64,000 nt of DNA from Eubacteriales bacterium (GCA_035446985.1 DAOTGG010000001.1:17981-81980), one strand, 5' to 3'. Positions 40,038 through 50,710 are shown, counted from the first letter of the stretch. Numbers and translations are program-made. The notes: a model not told the origin generated them from the letters alone.

Positions 40038-42719
40038 TTGACAGATAACAGCAATAACGCTCAATCCTTTGAAAATCTGAAAAAACTTAAAAGTAATACG
40101 GCTGTTAACGCCCGCAGATTTCAGCAGGATGTGGCAGGCTTAAAACAAAGACTAGACGAAGCGCGAAAATCAGCCGATATGAAAAAAACTCGGTTTGAGG
40201 AAGATATCGCTTTGTCCCAGACGGTTAACGATACGGTTACTTCAACCGAAGTTTCTCAACCACCAAAAACTGTAGTTGAAAAAACGGAAGTTGTCCAAGT
40301 GCCGAAATCGGAAATAAAGGAAGAAAAATCCGAAACGAAACCGATTGTTAAAAGCGACGACCACAAGCACATTGCCGAGCAAAAGCCCGAACCAAAATCC
40401 GAGCAAAAGCCCGAGCAAAAAGCTCAAAAGAGCGCGCCTACAGCTTCTAATGAACGCACTTATAAGGATGAAAAGGGCAATATAAAAGTCCGCAGATTTT
40501 TGGAACCGCCTCAATTACCGCCAAAAACCAGTATCGCGCAGCAAAAACAGCCTTACGGCAAGCGTCCTCCTCAGCAACAGACGGGGCAAAGAGACAATCG
40601 CGATAATACTAACAACAATCAAAATAGAGGTCCGAAACGTTTCGACAACAGGCCCCAGTCTCAGCAGCGTCCGCCTATGGGCAGACCTAATATGCCTATG
40701 GATAAGGACAAAGACGCTCCGCAAAGAACAGCGTCAAAACCTCCCATCAAAAAAACATTCGGCGATATTCCCGCTACTACAAATCAACCTCAAAAAACCT
40801 TTGGAAATAAAAATAAAACTCACGAAAAAAGCAAAGAAGACCGTACTTTCAACAAAAAAGCCCTTTTGACAAAAACATATACGGGCGTTGAAGATGATGA
40901 AAGAATGATTGCGCGCCGTCCAAGACAAACCAAAAAATCAGGACGAGTAGAGCAAGTCATAAAGAAAATAGAAAAAGCCGTTATTACCACCGAAGATGTT
41001 TCACTAAAAGTTTTGTCGGAAAAAACGGGTATTCCCGTAGCTTCGATTATTAAACAGCTGTTTAAAGAAGGTATTGTAAAAACCATTAACGACACCGTCG
41101 AATTTTCGATTGCAGAGTACGTCGCTAGCAGTTTTGGAGTGGAATTGGAACAAAAAATTGATAAAACCGCCGAAGAAATTATCGTTAGCGGCGGCGAAGA
41201 CAACACATTGCCCGACAACACAAAACGCCCGCCGATAGTCACCGTTATGGGACACGTCGACCACGGTAAAACTTCATTGCTTGACGCGATAAGAAAAACT
41301 AACGTTACTTCGGGCGAAGCAGGCGGAATTACGCAGCATATAGGCGCGTATACGGTAAAAATCAACGGCGAACAAATAACATTTATTGATACGCCTGGTC
41401 ACGCGGCATTTACCGCTATGAGAGCGCGCGGAGCAAAAGTTACCGACGTCGCTATTATCGTAGTGGCTGCCGATGACGGCGTAATGCCCCAAACGATAGA
41501 AGCTATTAACCACGCGAAAGCGGCGGAAGTTTCCATTCTTGTCGCTATCAATAAAATGGATAAACCCACAGCCAATATAGATAAGGTCAAAAAAGAATTA
41601 GCCGACCAGGGACTTATTTCCGAAGAATGGGGCGGCGACATAATTATGGTTCCCGTATCCGCCGTAACTCGTCAAGGCATAGATTCTTTGCTTGAATCAA
41701 TATTGCTCGTAACGGAAATCAAAGATCTTAAAGCGAATCCCGAAAAACGCGCAACAGGTACCGTAATAGAATCAAAACTTGACAAAGGCAGAGGTCCTGT
41801 CGCTACCATTTTAGTACAAAACGGCACTTTACACGTCGGCGACAGCATTATCGCAGGCACGGCAACGGGCAAAATCAGAGCTATGTTCGACGATAAGGGC
41901 GCGAGAGTAAAATCAGCTTTGCCGTCTTGTCCCGTCGAAGTAATCGGCTTTTCCGAAGTTCCCGACGCGGGCGATTTCGCTTATGTTGCCGATGAAAAAC
42001 TTGTCAGAAAAATGGCTGACGAACGTAAAACAAAAGTAAAAATTGAAAATACAAAAGCTATGGCGGCTATCTCTCTTGACGAGCTTTACGGCAAAATTAA
42101 CGAAGGTCAGCTCAAAAATCTTAACCTTGTCGTAAAAACCGACGTTATGGGCAGTTTGGAAGCGTTAAAAGTTTCGTTAACAAAAATCGTAAGCGACGAA
42201 GTCAAAATCGCTATCAAACACGGCGGTGTAGGCGCGATTAACGAGAGCGACGTAATGCTCGCAAAGGCGTCCCAAGCTATCATTATCGGCTTTAACGTGC
42301 GTCCCGACAATCAGGCAAAAACTGCCGCTGAAAGGGAAGGCGTAGACATCAGACTTTACAACGTTATTTACGACGCAGTTGACGATATCACAAAAGCTAT
42401 GAAAGGTATGCTTGCTCCAAAATTCAAAGAAACAATTCTCGGTCAAGTGGAAGTAAGAGAAACTTACCGTATAACAGGCGTAGGTACTGTCGCGGGTTCT
42501 TATGTAACTAACGGAAAAATCACTCGAAACAGCCGCATAAGAGTTTATCGTGACAACGTCGTAGTTCACGACGGTTTCGTATTGGCGCTCAAACGTTTCA
42601 AAGACGACGCGAAAGAAGTGGCGCAAGGGTTTGAATGCGGCGTAAGCTTAAAAGATTACAACGACATAAAACCCGGAGACGTATTTGAAGCGTATACGAT
42701 GGAAGAAATAGAACAATAA
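40038..42719 (+). CDS. infB: Translation initiation factor IF-2 with long low-complexity N-terminal region
   Basis: The ORF is open from GTG 40023, but the GGAGG at 40026-40030 favours in-frame TTG 40038. [29 protein letters not shown]. The first 330 or so residues are K/P/Q/E/N-rich. Confidence 0.95.
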   Translation: MTDNSNNAQSFENLKKLKSNTAVNARRFQQDVAGLKQRLDEARKSADMKKTRFEEDIALSQTVNDTVTSTEVSQPPKTVVEKTEVVQVPKSEIKEEKSETKPIVKSDDHKHIAEQKPEPKSEQKPEQKAQKSAPTASNERTYKDEKGNIKVRRFLEPPQLPPKTSIAQQKQPYGKRPPQQQTGQRDNRDNTNNNQNRGPKRFDNRPQSQQRPPMGRPNMPMDKDKDAPQRTASKPPIKKTFGDIPATTNQPQKTFGNKNKTHEKSKEDRTFNKKALLTKTYTGVEDDERMIARRPRQTKKSGRVEQVIKKIEKAVITTEDVSLKVLSEKTGIPVASIIKQLFKEGIVKTINDTVEFSIAEYVASSFGVELEQKIDKTAEEIIVSGGEDNTLPDNTKRPPIVTVMGHVDHGKTSLLDAIRKTNVTSGEAGGITQHIGAYTVKINGEQITFIDTPGHAAFTAMRARGAKVTDVAIIVVAADDGVMPQTIEAINHAKAAEVSILVAINKMDKPTANIDKVKKELADQGLISEEWGGDIIMVPVSAVTRQGIDSLLESILLVTEIKDLKANPEKRATGTVIESKLDKGRGPVATILVQNGTLHVGDSIIAGTATGKIRAMFDDKGARVKSALPSCPVEVIGFSEVPDAGDFAYVADEKLVRKMADERKTKVKIENTKAMAAISLDELYGKINEGQLKNLNLVVKTDVMGSLEALKVSLTKIVSDEVKIAIKHGGVGAINESDVMLAKASQAIIIGFNVRPDNQAKTAAEREGVDIRLYNVIYDAVDDITKAMKGMLAPKFKETILGQVEVRETYRITGVGTVAGSYVTNGKITRNSRIRVYRDNVVVHDGFVLALKRFKDDAKEVAQGFECGVSLKDYNDIKPGDVFEAYTMEEIEQ

Positions 42720-42726
42720 TCAAAAA

Positions 42727-43089
42727 ATGAGTAATATCAGAGTTGAAAAACTAAATTCGGAATTTCAAAGAAATATTTACGAAATTTTGTCAACAAAAGT
42801 CAAAGACCCGAGACTTACCGAAATTTTTTCGGTAACAAAAGTGTCTTGCGACAAAGAGTTGACATACGCAAAAGTATACGTAAGTATTTTTTCAGTCGAC
42901 GCGGACAAGGCAAAATCGACATTTGAAGCGATAAAATCATCTGTCGGCTACGTTCGTCATTCGCTGTTAAAAGCTATGCGTATACGCTCCGTGCCTGAGT
43001 TAGATTTTGTATTGGACGAAACGCTTGATGAAGGCGACAAAATCGAAAGGATATTGAATGAAATCAAAAACGGTCAAAACGGTATCTGA
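42727..43089 (+). CDS. rbfA: Ribosome-binding factor A
   Basis: 120 aa. RVEKLNSEFQRNIYEIL...DPRL...VTKV...DL..AKVYVS pattern. Confidence 0.9.
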   Translation: MSNIRVEKLNSEFQRNIYEILSTKVKDPRLTEIFSVTKVSCDKELTYAKVYVSIFSVDADKAKSTFEAIKSSVGYVRHSLLKAMRIRSVPELDFVLDETLDEGDKIERILNEIKNGQNGI

Positions 43090-44038
43090 GCTTGCCCCGA
43101 TATTTAATAATAACAAGTCTTTCGCGCTGTTTTGTCACACACAACCAGACGGAGATACGGTTGGCTCAGCGCTGGCGTTGGCTTTTGCCCTTAGAAAAAT
43201 AGGCAAAACAGCCGACGTCTTTTGCGATGAAGACATTGGCGAAAAATTGAAAACTTTTGTTCCGAAAGGCGAGATCAAATCCGTTTTGACGAACGAAAAA
43301 TATGACGTGTACGTTTCTGTCGACTGCGCAGACCCAAGCCGTCTTGGCAATTTTGAATCGGATTTTATCCGCGCTAAAGAAACTGTCGCCATTGACCATC
43401 ATATGGGCAGACCTTTTGCCAAGTACAGCTATATTGGCGATTTTTCCAGCACAGCCGAAATTATTTATTCGTTAATTTTATCTTTAAAAATAGATTTAGA
43501 TTGTCAAATTTCCACATTTCTGTATATAGGGGTAATAACCGATACAGGCAATTTTATGCACTCAAATACAAATTCCAATACTTTTGCCGTAGCAAGCGAA
43601 TTGACTAAACACGGCGTAAAAATCCCTCAGCTTTGCCGTGTTTTTTTCCGTGACACAACTATTGGGAAAGCAAAACTTATGGGTAAAATTTTGTCGAGAA
43701 TGCGTTGTTATTACGACGACAGATTTTGCCTTATTTACGTACTCGAAAAAGATTTGCAGGAATTCAATCTTACGCAGGACGCCGCAAAAAATATAGTCGA
43801 CAATGCCATTAACGTAAAAACCGCTTTGGTAGGGGTTTCGCTGGTAGAATCGGGCGAAAACACTTTCAGAGTGAGCATACGTGGAAAAGATTTTGAAATA
43901 CGCTCGATTGCCGAACGTTTCGGCGGCGGCGGACACAAATACGCCTCTGGCTGCGTTATTTGCGGATTTTTTGAGGACGTGGTGGACAAGCTCGTGCGAT
44001 ACGTCGGGGAAAGATTTGAAGAAGAGAAAATTATATGA
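43058..44038 (+). CDS. nrnA: DHH/DHHA1 phosphoesterase (NrnA-like nanoRNase / pAp phosphatase)
   Basis: 326 aa. HTQPDGDTVGSALAL, VDCAD, IDHHMG, GVITDTGNF, GGGGHKYASG. Overlaps rbfA by 32 nt. Confidence 0.8.
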   Translation: MKSKTVKTVSELAPIFNNNKSFALFCHTQPDGDTVGSALALAFALRKIGKTADVFCDEDIGEKLKTFVPKGEIKSVLTNEKYDVYVSVDCADPSRLGNFESDFIRAKETVAIDHHMGRPFAKYSYIGDFSSTAEIIYSLILSLKIDLDCQISTFLYIGVITDTGNFMHSNTNSNTFAVASELTKHGVKIPQLCRVFFRDTTIGKAKLMGKILSRMRCYYDDRFCLIYVLEKDLQEFNLTQDAAKNIVDNAINVKTALVGVSLVESGENTFRVSIRGKDFEIRSIAERFGGGGHKYASGCVICGFFEDVVDKLVRYVGERFEEEKII

Positions 44039-44883
44039 ACGGATTTATAAACGTTTGCAAGCCCGTTGATATGACCGCATCCGACGTTGTCGTAAAAATC
44101 CGCCGACTTACAAACTCAAAAACGGGACATTTTGGCACGTTGGACCCCGGAGCCGCGGGAGTTTTACCAATAGGCGTTGGAAAAGGCGTAAAATTATTTA
44201 ATTTTTTAATCGACAAATCAAAAACATATAGAGCAAATTTCACTTTTGGCGTAATTACCGACACGCTGGATTCTTACGGCAAAATCATTGAAACAAGCGA
44301 CAATATACCTACTGTAAAAGATATAAATCTTGCTCTAAGTTCTTTTTTGGGCGAAATTCCCCAAATGCCGCCACAATATTCCGCGAAAAGCGTGAACGGA
44401 GTGAGAGCTTATAAATTGGCACGAAAGGGCGAAACCGCCGAACTCACGCCGAAAAAAGTCACGGTAACAAAATTCGAGTTAATAGGGCAGACGGACGAAA
44501 AAACTTTTTCTTTTGACATAGAATGCGGCGCGGGAACGTATATTCGCGCGCTTGCCCGCGATTTAGCGCAAAAACTTGATACCGTCGCTTATATGAGTTC
44601 GCTTATACGACTTTCATCGGGAGCATTTAATATAGAAGATTCTTATACGCTTGACGAATTAAACAGCGACATCGAAGCAAAATTACTGCCGCTCGATTAT
44701 CCTCTCTTTAGCGTAGAAAAAATAGATTTTGACATTAGTTATTACAAACTGTTGGCAAACGGAGTAAAATTTTCACACCCGTCTTTTAACGGCTACAAAA
44801 GAATATATTGCGACAACGTTTTTTTTGGTTTAGCCAGCTGCAAGGACGAACGTTTAGTTTTGGAGTACAATCTCGCTTTATGA
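44035..44883 (+). CDS. truB: tRNA pseudouridine55 synthase
   Basis: 282 aa. GFINVCKPVDMTASDVV, catalytic GHFGTLDPGAAGVL, GAGTYIRALARD. Confidence 0.9.
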   Translation: MNGFINVCKPVDMTASDVVVKIRRLTNSKTGHFGTLDPGAAGVLPIGVGKGVKLFNFLIDKSKTYRANFTFGVITDTLDSYGKIIETSDNIPTVKDINLALSSFLGEIPQMPPQYSAKSVNGVRAYKLARKGETAELTPKKVTVTKFELIGQTDEKTFSFDIECGAGTYIRALARDLAQKLDTVAYMSSLIRLSSGAFNIEDSYTLDELNSDIEAKLLPLDYPLFSVEKIDFDISYYKLLANGVKFSHPSFNGYKRIYCDNVFFGLASCKDERLVLEYNLAL

Positions 44884-45767
44884 AAAATATCAGTCTATTC
44901 TCTGGTTATGACAAACAAATATCGCTCGCTTTGGGATTTTTCGACTGTATGCATCTCGGTCACCGAAAGATTTTGGACGACGTCAAACAATCCGCCTCAG
45001 AAATTGGTTGTGAGACGGCTTTATTAACTTTTGAAAATAATTATTTTGAGACTTTAGGCAAAAATGAAAAACTTATCTACACCTTCGACGAAAGAAAAGA
45101 TTTACTCGAAACACTTTCGCTGGACACTCTCATCAGCTGCGTGTTTGATAAAGATTTTATGAGTCTTACTTCCGACAAGTTTCTTTTGCTGTTGGACAAA
45201 TTCGATATTAGGGCCATCGTCTGCGGTTTTGATTATCGTTTCGGCAGCGACAAAGCAGACATATATAAACTTGAAAATTATTGCTTGCAAAAAAGAATAC
45301 AATACCGCGTTCAGCCGCCAGTCACTCACGACGGAGTAAAAATAAGCGCGACTGAGATACGAAAAGCATTGAACGCAAACAGAATAGATTTAGCCAACTT
45401 TTACCTAGGCGACAAGTTTTTTATTCAAGGCGAAGTTGTTCGCGGAAGAAGCGTCGGTCACACGTACGGTTTTCCCACGGCTAATATTAAGGTCTCGGAC
45501 GACAAATTACTCCCGCAAGGCGTCTATGCGGCGGAAACGCACCTTGACGGCGTCAAATACACGGTCTTGGTTAATATCGGCAGCAAACCCACATTCGGTA
45601 TTGACAAACCGACAGTTGAAGCTTATATTATTAGTTACAACGGCGACTTGTACGGAAAAAAAATTAAAATAAGTTTAGTAAAATATATTAGACCCATTCA
45701 AAAATTCAGCGACAAAACGGAACTTGCGAAACAAATCCAAAAGGATCTTAGCGAGGCTACATTATGA
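44880..45767 (+). CDS. ribF: Bifunctional riboflavin kinase / FMN adenylyltransferase
   Basis: Start trimmed to ATG 44880 (ATGA overlap with the truB stop). GFFDCMHLGHRKIL, and kinase domain GRSVGHTYGFPTANI...VNIGSKPTF. Confidence 0.9.
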   Translation: MKNISLFSGYDKQISLALGFFDCMHLGHRKILDDVKQSASEIGCETALLTFENNYFETLGKNEKLIYTFDERKDLLETLSLDTLISCVFDKDFMSLTSDKFLLLLDKFDIRAIVCGFDYRFGSDKADIYKLENYCLQKRIQYRVQPPVTHDGVKISATEIRKALNANRIDLANFYLGDKFFIQGEVVRGRSVGHTYGFPTANIKVSDDKLLPQGVYAAETHLDGVKYTVLVNIGSKPTFGIDKPTVEAYIISYNGDLYGKKIKISLVKYIRPIQKFSDKTELAKQIQKDLSEATL

Positions 45768-46612
45768 CAAAATTCGGACCCAGCGGCAATTCCAACAGTT
45801 TTTATGCGGAAGGATACGCTTCTACCGAACAAACTCCGAAATGGCTAAACGAAAGAGGACTGGACGCGTTTGAATATTCTTTCGGGCGCGGAGTTAATAT
45901 CTCTGACACAAAAGCGTTATTGATACGCGAGCAAGCCGATAAATACGGTATAGAAATTTCCGTTCACGCGCCGTATTATATAAATTTTGCCAACACAGAC
46001 GATAGTATGATTGAAAAATCATTTATGTACGTCACTATGAGCGCGGACAAATTAAAACAGTTCGGCGGCAAAAGAGTGGTTTTTCACACAGCGTCTTTGG
46101 GCAAACTTTCAAGAGAAAAAGCGGTAGAGTTGACCAAAAACCGTTTAAAAATTCTGGCGGACAAAATTTACAAAGCAGGTTATGCGGATTGTTATTTTTG
46201 CCCCGAAACTATGGGCAAAATAAACCAAATCGGAACGCTTGAAGAAATAGTGGAATTTTGCAAGATTGACAAAATTTTTATTCCAGCCATTGATTTTGGA
46301 CATTTAAACGCTCGAAGTCTGGGCGGAATAAAAGGTATTGAAGATTACGACAAAATTTTGAGTTATATTATAGCGGAACTCGGCACGGAAAAAGCCGATA
46401 AAATGCACGTTCATTTTTCCAAAATCGAGTACGGCAAAGGCGGCGAAATAAGACATCTTACGCTTGCCGACACAAAATACGGACCCGAGTTTGAACCGCT
46501 GGCAAAACTTATCAAAAAATACGGTCTTAACCCCGTGATTTTGTCTGAGTCCGATGGCACTCAGGCGGAAGACGCGATTACAATGAAAAAAATTTATAAC
46601 GAGGTAAATTAA
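45764..46612 (+). CDS. TIM-barrel protein of the xylose-isomerase-like / AP endonuclease family 2 (Nfo-like) fold
   Basis: 282 aa. FGPSGNS...FEYSFGRGV...SVHAPYYINFAN...VFHTAS...CPETMGK...DFGHLNAR pattern of metal-binding His/Glu/Asp residues. Function not assignable from sequence. Confidence 0.6.
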   Translation: MTKFGPSGNSNSFYAEGYASTEQTPKWLNERGLDAFEYSFGRGVNISDTKALLIREQADKYGIEISVHAPYYINFANTDDSMIEKSFMYVTMSADKLKQFGGKRVVFHTASLGKLSREKAVELTKNRLKILADKIYKAGYADCYFCPETMGKINQIGTLEEIVEFCKIDKIFIPAIDFGHLNARSLGGIKGIEDYDKILSYIIAELGTEKADKMHVHFSKIEYGKGGEIRHLTLADTKYGPEFEPLAKLIKKYGLNPVILSESDGTQAEDAITMKKIYNEVN

Positions 46613-46617
46613 AAATA

Positions 46618-47688
46618 ATGGAAAAAATCACTAATCTTTTTAAAAGGCTGACTAACGTTGACGCGGTATTGGTAACTTCTCAAAACAACCGTCAATATTT
46701 TACGGGCTTTCAAGGCTCTTTCGGTTTTTTAGTTTTGACTAAAGATTTTGCTACTTATATCACAGACTCGCGTTATTTTGAAATGGCTACCGAAGCTATG
46801 GCTTCACTCGGAATCGCTGTTGAGCAATGCGACGGCGGACTAAACGCTTATCAGCACGCCGAAGATATTTTGAAAGCTATCAAAGCGAAAACGGTAGGTT
46901 TTGAAAACACGGAAATCACAGTTGCGGAATACGAAGCGTTAAAAACTAGATTGCCCGATTACGAATATATCCCCGTAGGCGAGGAAATCTTGAAAATTCG
47001 TCAAATCAAAACCGAGCAGGAATTAGAGTATATTGCAAAAGCGCAGTCGATTACCGATAAGGCTTTTACTGAAATACTTAAAATAATCAAAAAAGATATG
47101 ACCGAACTTGACGTAGCCGCGGAACTTGAATATCAGTTGAAAAAGAACGGCGCGACAGGTCTTGCGTTCGATACCATAATAGCGTCGGGTACTAACTCTT
47201 CAAAACCTCACGCTCATCCGACAGACAAAAAAATCGCGGTCGGAGATGCCATTACTATGGACTTTGGCGCGAGATACAATGGTTATTGCTCGGATATGAC
47301 GCGTACCGTATTTTTGGGAGAACCGAGCGAGCAAATGCGTAATATATATAATATCGTCGCGAAGGCTCAATTGGCAGTATTGAATAACGTCAAAAAAGGT
47401 ATGACTGGCAGAGAAGTTGACAGTCTTGCCCGTGAAGTTATTACCGCTAACGGTTTTAGAGATAATTTCCAACACGGTCTTGGTCACAGCGTAGGTCTTG
47501 ATATTCACGAAAGACCCACGATGAACCCCGCTTCGGACGAGATTTTGGTTGAAAATCAACTTATCACCGTAGAACCTGGCATTTACGTACCGGGACTTGG
47601 CGGCGTACGCATTGAAGACCTTATTATTATCAAAAACGACGGCATAATAAATTTGACAAAGTCTAACAAAACCCTTATAATACTGTAG
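46618..47688 (+). CDS. Xaa-Pro aminopeptidase/dipeptidase (M24B, YqhT-like)
   Basis: 356 aa. Creatinase-like N-domain; metal ligands in DFGARYNGYCSDMTRT, HGLGHSVGLDIHE, TVEPGIY, IEDLI. Precedes efp as in Bacillus. Confidence 0.85.
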   Translation: MEKITNLFKRLTNVDAVLVTSQNNRQYFTGFQGSFGFLVLTKDFATYITDSRYFEMATEAMASLGIAVEQCDGGLNAYQHAEDILKAIKAKTVGFENTEITVAEYEALKTRLPDYEYIPVGEEILKIRQIKTEQELEYIAKAQSITDKAFTEILKIIKKDMTELDVAAELEYQLKKNGATGLAFDTIIASGTNSSKPHAHPTDKKIAVGDAITMDFGARYNGYCSDMTRTVFLGEPSEQMRNIYNIVAKAQLAVLNNVKKGMTGREVDSLAREVITANGFRDNFQHGLGHSVGLDIHERPTMNPASDEILVENQLITVEPGIYVPGLGGVRIEDLIIIKNDGIINLTKSNKTLIIL

Positions 47689-47711
47689 TCAAGTTTTAGG
47701 AGGAAATTTTT

Positions 47712-48275
47712 ATGATACTGGCCGGTGATTTTAGAAAAGGCATGACATTCGTTATGGACGGCAATATTTACGTTATAGTGGACTTTCAACACGTCAAACC
47801 CGGCAAAGGCGCGGCTTTTGTCAGAACAAAAATAAGAAATATCGTCACTGGTGCGGTTTTGGAAAAAACTTTCAACCCGTCGGAAAAGTTTGAAAAAGCT
47901 GTTATCGAAAGCAAGGATATGACTTATTCTTACGCAGACGGCGATATTTATTACTTTATGGATCAGGAAACATTTGACCTTGTGCCTTTGAATAAATCTC
48001 AGGTCGAAGACGCTTTGATGTTCATAACTGAAAATATGCCCGCTACGATAAAATTTTATAAGGGTGCGGCGTTCTCTGTTGAAGCTCCGAACTTTGTAGA
48101 ACTTTTGGTTACGGTATGCGAACCGGGCGCGGTCGGCAATACGGCTACGAACGTCACAAAACCCGCAACCGTTGAAACGGGATACGAGCTTATGGTTCCT
48201 ATGTTCGTCAACGAAGGCGACTATATTCGTATAGACACCCGTAACGGCGAATACATGGAAAGAGTGAAAAAATAA
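47712..48275 (+). CDS. efp: Elongation factor P
   Basis: 187 aa. [19 protein letters not shown] loop. AGGAGG RBS. Confidence 0.95.
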   Translation: MILAGDFRKGMTFVMDGNIYVIVDFQHVKPGKGAAFVRTKIRNIVTGAVLEKTFNPSEKFEKAVIESKDMTYSYADGDIYYFMDQETFDLVPLNKSQVEDALMFITENMPATIKFYKGAAFSVEAPNFVELLVTVCEPGAVGNTATNVTKPATVETGYELMVPMFVNEGDYIRIDTRNGEYMERVKK

Positions 48276-48300
48276 TATTTATAAAATACTTAATTAAAAT

Positions 48301-48333
48301 AACGGATTTGTTTAAAACAAGTCCGTTTTTTTT
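48301..48333 (+). terminator. Intrinsic terminator after efp
   Basis: AACGGATTTGTT (48301-48312) pairs with AACAAGTCCGTT (48316-48327, one G-U pair), followed by an 8-T run. Confidence 0.8.
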
Positions 48334-48550
48334 ATTACAAAATTTTATTCTGAAAGTTGTATTAAGCTGCACGATTGAATGGGGGTTCATTAGGTCGCAA
48401 ATTCAATTCCAGTCATGCAAACAAATGGGGTGTTTTTTAGCATTAAATTTTTTAAACTTTTTCTTTTTCAAAAGTACTTTTAATTTTAACTATTTTTTTT
48501 ATAACTCGTTTGCTTATCATAAACAATTTTTTTTTACCATAAATTACAGT

Positions 48551-49423
48551 ATGAATTTAAGATTTTTGCCGCAGGAATGGCTGACCGCTTTGGGCAAAAT
48601 CGAGGCGGACAAGCTTAATGAAATACGGCTGAGAGCAAATCAGCCTACCGTCGTGTGCGTCGGGGGAAAAAAGTTTTATCTGAACGAAAGCGGAATTAGC
48701 CTAAGCTCGGATAATGCTCTAACAGCCACGAATCAAATTTTGGAACGCATACTTTTGGCGGCTTGTCAAAAGTCCATTTACGCTTACAATTTTCAAATAG
48801 TGCAAGGATATCTGTCCGTTGAGGGAGGAATAAGGATAGGCGTATGCGGAAACGTGACGTCGGAAAACGGAAAAATCTTAGCTATAAAAGAAATTTCCGC
48901 TTTGAATATCCGAATACCGCACGTAGTTAAAGACTGTTCAAAAGCGGTACTAAAACACCTAAAACCGCTTTGTAATCTACTGGTTGTTTCCCCGCCGGGC
49001 TGCGGCAAGACCACGTTTTTGAGAGACCTGATATTTCAGCATATGGAAAAACGCGTTAATATTCTGCTTTGCGATGAGCGTAACGAAATATCGGCAAGTG
49101 TAGGCGGAGCGTCTACATTTGGACTGAGCGATTGCGATATTTACGTTTACGGCGAAAAATCCTATGTATTTGAAGCGGGCATAAGAAGTATGAGCCCCGA
49201 GCTTATCGTGTGCGACGAAATTTTGCCTTCCGATATGAGTTATATCACCGCCGCCGCCCAAAGCGGCGTCAACGTGTTTGCTTCAATGCACGGCAGAGAC
49301 GTCATCGAAGTCACGCAAAAGATAGGCTCTAATACGGTTTTTGACAGATACGTCGTGCTTTCAAACAGAAGCGGTGTCGGCACGCTTGAAGGTGTTTTTG
49401 ATAAAGACTTAAAGAAAATCTAA
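48551..49423 (+). CDS. spoIIIAA: Stage III sporulation protein AA (AAA+ ATPase)
   Basis: Start trimmed from TTG 48308 to ATG 48551; the upstream part of the ORF is AT-rich low-complexity. LNEIRLRANQP, Walker A SPPGCGKTTFLRDL, Walker B ELIVCDEI. First gene of an eight-gene spoIIIA array. Confidence 0.85.
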   Translation: MNLRFLPQEWLTALGKIEADKLNEIRLRANQPTVVCVGGKKFYLNESGISLSSDNALTATNQILERILLAACQKSIYAYNFQIVQGYLSVEGGIRIGVCGNVTSENGKILAIKEISALNIRIPHVVKDCSKAVLKHLKPLCNLLVVSPPGCGKTTFLRDLIFQHMEKRVNILLCDERNEISASVGGASTFGLSDCDIYVYGEKSYVFEAGIRSMSPELIVCDEILPSDMSYITAAAQSGVNVFASMHGRDVIEVTQKIGSNTVFDRYVVLSNRSGVGTLEGVFDKDLKKI

Positions 49424-49474
49424 CCGTAATTAATATTTTTAAGGCAAATGCCCTTAAACGAATAGGAAGAAAAA

Positions 49475-49990
49475 ATGAAAATTTTGCTTGGCATAATGGG
49501 AATTTTGGTCAGCGCGATTATCGGCGCGAAACTGTCGGAAAAATATAAGCGCAAAGAGCGGTTTTATTTCGATATTTTGTCTTTTTGCACTAGCTTTAGG
49601 GCGAACTTAGGCTTTCGCAGGTCGACGGTCGCGGAAGTCCTGGCGGAGAGCGGATACGACGACGATTTTAAAACATATGCGGAAAACGCGCTTATTTTAA
49701 GGAAAATCCCTAACGTTCAACCAATCGTAACAGCGGAAAAACCGCAAAAAAACGGCTTGAAAACAAACAAAAACCGTATGTTTTCAGAACAGGAAACGGT
49801 ATATATTGAAAAATTTTTCGATATATTAGGCGCGGGTGACGCAGACAGCCAGGACAGAGAAATAGGCTTTTACGAAAAATATTTTGAAAGAAAACTAACA
49901 GAAGCGCAGGAAACCGCAAAACAGCGCGCCCCGATGACAATGAAAATAAGCATTTTATGCGGATTCCTTTTTTGCGTTTTTTTGATTTAG
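49475..49990 (+). CDS. spoIIIAB: Stage III sporulation protein AB
   Basis: 171 aa. N- and C-terminal TM helices flank a soluble domain. Second position of the spoIIIA operon. Confidence 0.7.
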   Translation: MKILLGIMGILVSAIIGAKLSEKYKRKERFYFDILSFCTSFRANLGFRRSTVAEVLAESGYDDDFKTYAENALILRKIPNVQPIVTAEKPQKNGLKTNKNRMFSEQETVYIEKFFDILGAGDADSQDREIGFYEKYFERKLTEAQETAKQRAPMTMKISILCGFLFCVFLI

Positions 49991-50109
49991 ACAATATAAG
50001 AAAAAAATCAAATTTGTTATTTGATTGTCAATTTTTCAACATATCTAATCGAAAACAAGCAATTTTACAGCTGAAAAGCAAATAAATTCAAGGAGAACGG
50101 TGGCAGTAT

Positions 50110-50304
50110 ATGGGTATCGAAATTATTTTTAAGCTAGCGGGAATAGGGCTTGTGACTGCGATTGTGTGTATGCTTCTTAAACGCAGCGGCAAGGAAGAAA
50201 TGGCTACTCTTACGGGCGTAGCAGGTCTTGTGCTGGGACTTATTATATTGATTGATATGGTAGTGCAGTTGTTTTCCGCGCTTCAATCGCTGTTCGGTTA
50301 CTAA
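50110..50304 (+). CDS. spoIIIAC: Stage III sporulation protein AC
   Basis: 64 aa two-TM protein (IFKLAGIGLVTAIVCMLLKRSGKEEMA...). Correct size and operon position. Confidence 0.85.
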   Translation: MGIEIIFKLAGIGLVTAIVCMLLKRSGKEEMATLTGVAGLVLGLIILIDMVVQLFSALQSLFGY

Positions 50305-50307
50305 AAA

Positions 50308-50694
50308 ATGGATTTTATTCAGATAGTCATTATCGCCATTATCGCGGTCTCTGCAACGCTCGTCATACGCCAAATAAACCCCGAAATGTCGCTTTTGATA
50401 GGGGTCGGAAGCGGCGTTTTGGTCTTAATTTTAGTGTTGGACGAGCTGTACGAAGTCGTTTACGCTTTTTACAATATAGCGAAGATTTCAGGCGTAAACA
50501 ATTCGCTTTTTTCCACGATTTTAAAAATCATAGGTATCGGCTATCTGGCGGAATTCGGCAACAGTATTTGCGTGGACGCGAACGCGAAAAGCCTGGGGGA
50601 CAAGCTCCTGCTGGCTGGCAAAGTGGTGATTTTGGTAATGGCTTTGCCTATTATTATGCAGCTTATTCAAACGATTATGGAACTTGCTCCATAA
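50308..50694 (+). CDS. spoIIIAD: Stage III sporulation protein AD
   Basis: 128 aa polytopic membrane protein (...IGIGYLAEFGNSICVDANAKSLGDKLLLAGKV...). Operon position. Confidence 0.85.
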   Translation: MDFIQIVIIAIIAVSATLVIRQINPEMSLLIGVGSGVLVLILVLDELYEVVYAFYNIAKISGVNNSLFSTILKIIGIGYLAEFGNSICVDANAKSLGDKLLLAGKVVILVMALPIIMQLIQTIMELAP

Positions 50695-50710
50695 CCTTTT
50701 TAAAACAAAA

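Noticed and set aside
40820-41365. 181-aa minus-strand ORF. Other long antisense ORFs fall in the same category: 1434-1979, 7638-8162, 21635-22135, 22017-22529, 26399-26869, 42177-42626 and 57171-57632.
   Set aside because: All lie antisense to highly conserved genes (infB, ackA, ftsY, hslU, iscU, oapA). They lack RBSs and have Ser/Phe/Ile-rich compositions typical of the antisense frame of coding DNA.
48373-48408. 8-bp stem (GATTGAAT/ATTCAATT) with a G-rich 20-nt loop, and TTCAATTCC reminiscent of a tRNA T-loop, between the efp terminator and spoIIIAA.
   Set aside because: No cloverleaf can be drawn. There is no acceptor stem or anticodon arm, and no T-run follows. It is probably fortuitous or part of the spoIIIA regulatory region.
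48308-48550. N-terminal 81-aa extension of spoIIIAA in the ORF track. Similar extensions appear for rpsB (28174), pyrH (29867), dxr (33021), ribF (44808), spoIIIAG (52324), nusB (53783), dxs (57640) and nadK (59598).
   Set aside because: The extensions start at non-ATG codons or lie inside the preceding gene or an AT-rich spacer, and they lack RBSs. Canonical family N-termini begin at internal ATGs with good RBSs, so I trimmed the starts.
48500-48550. Possible sigma-E promoter for spoIIIA (TTATAAC ... CATAAACA).
   Set aside because: The match to the sigma-E consensus as I recall it (kmATAww, about 14 nt, CATACAmT) is poor in both elements and in the spacer (12 nt). It cannot be supported without TSS data.
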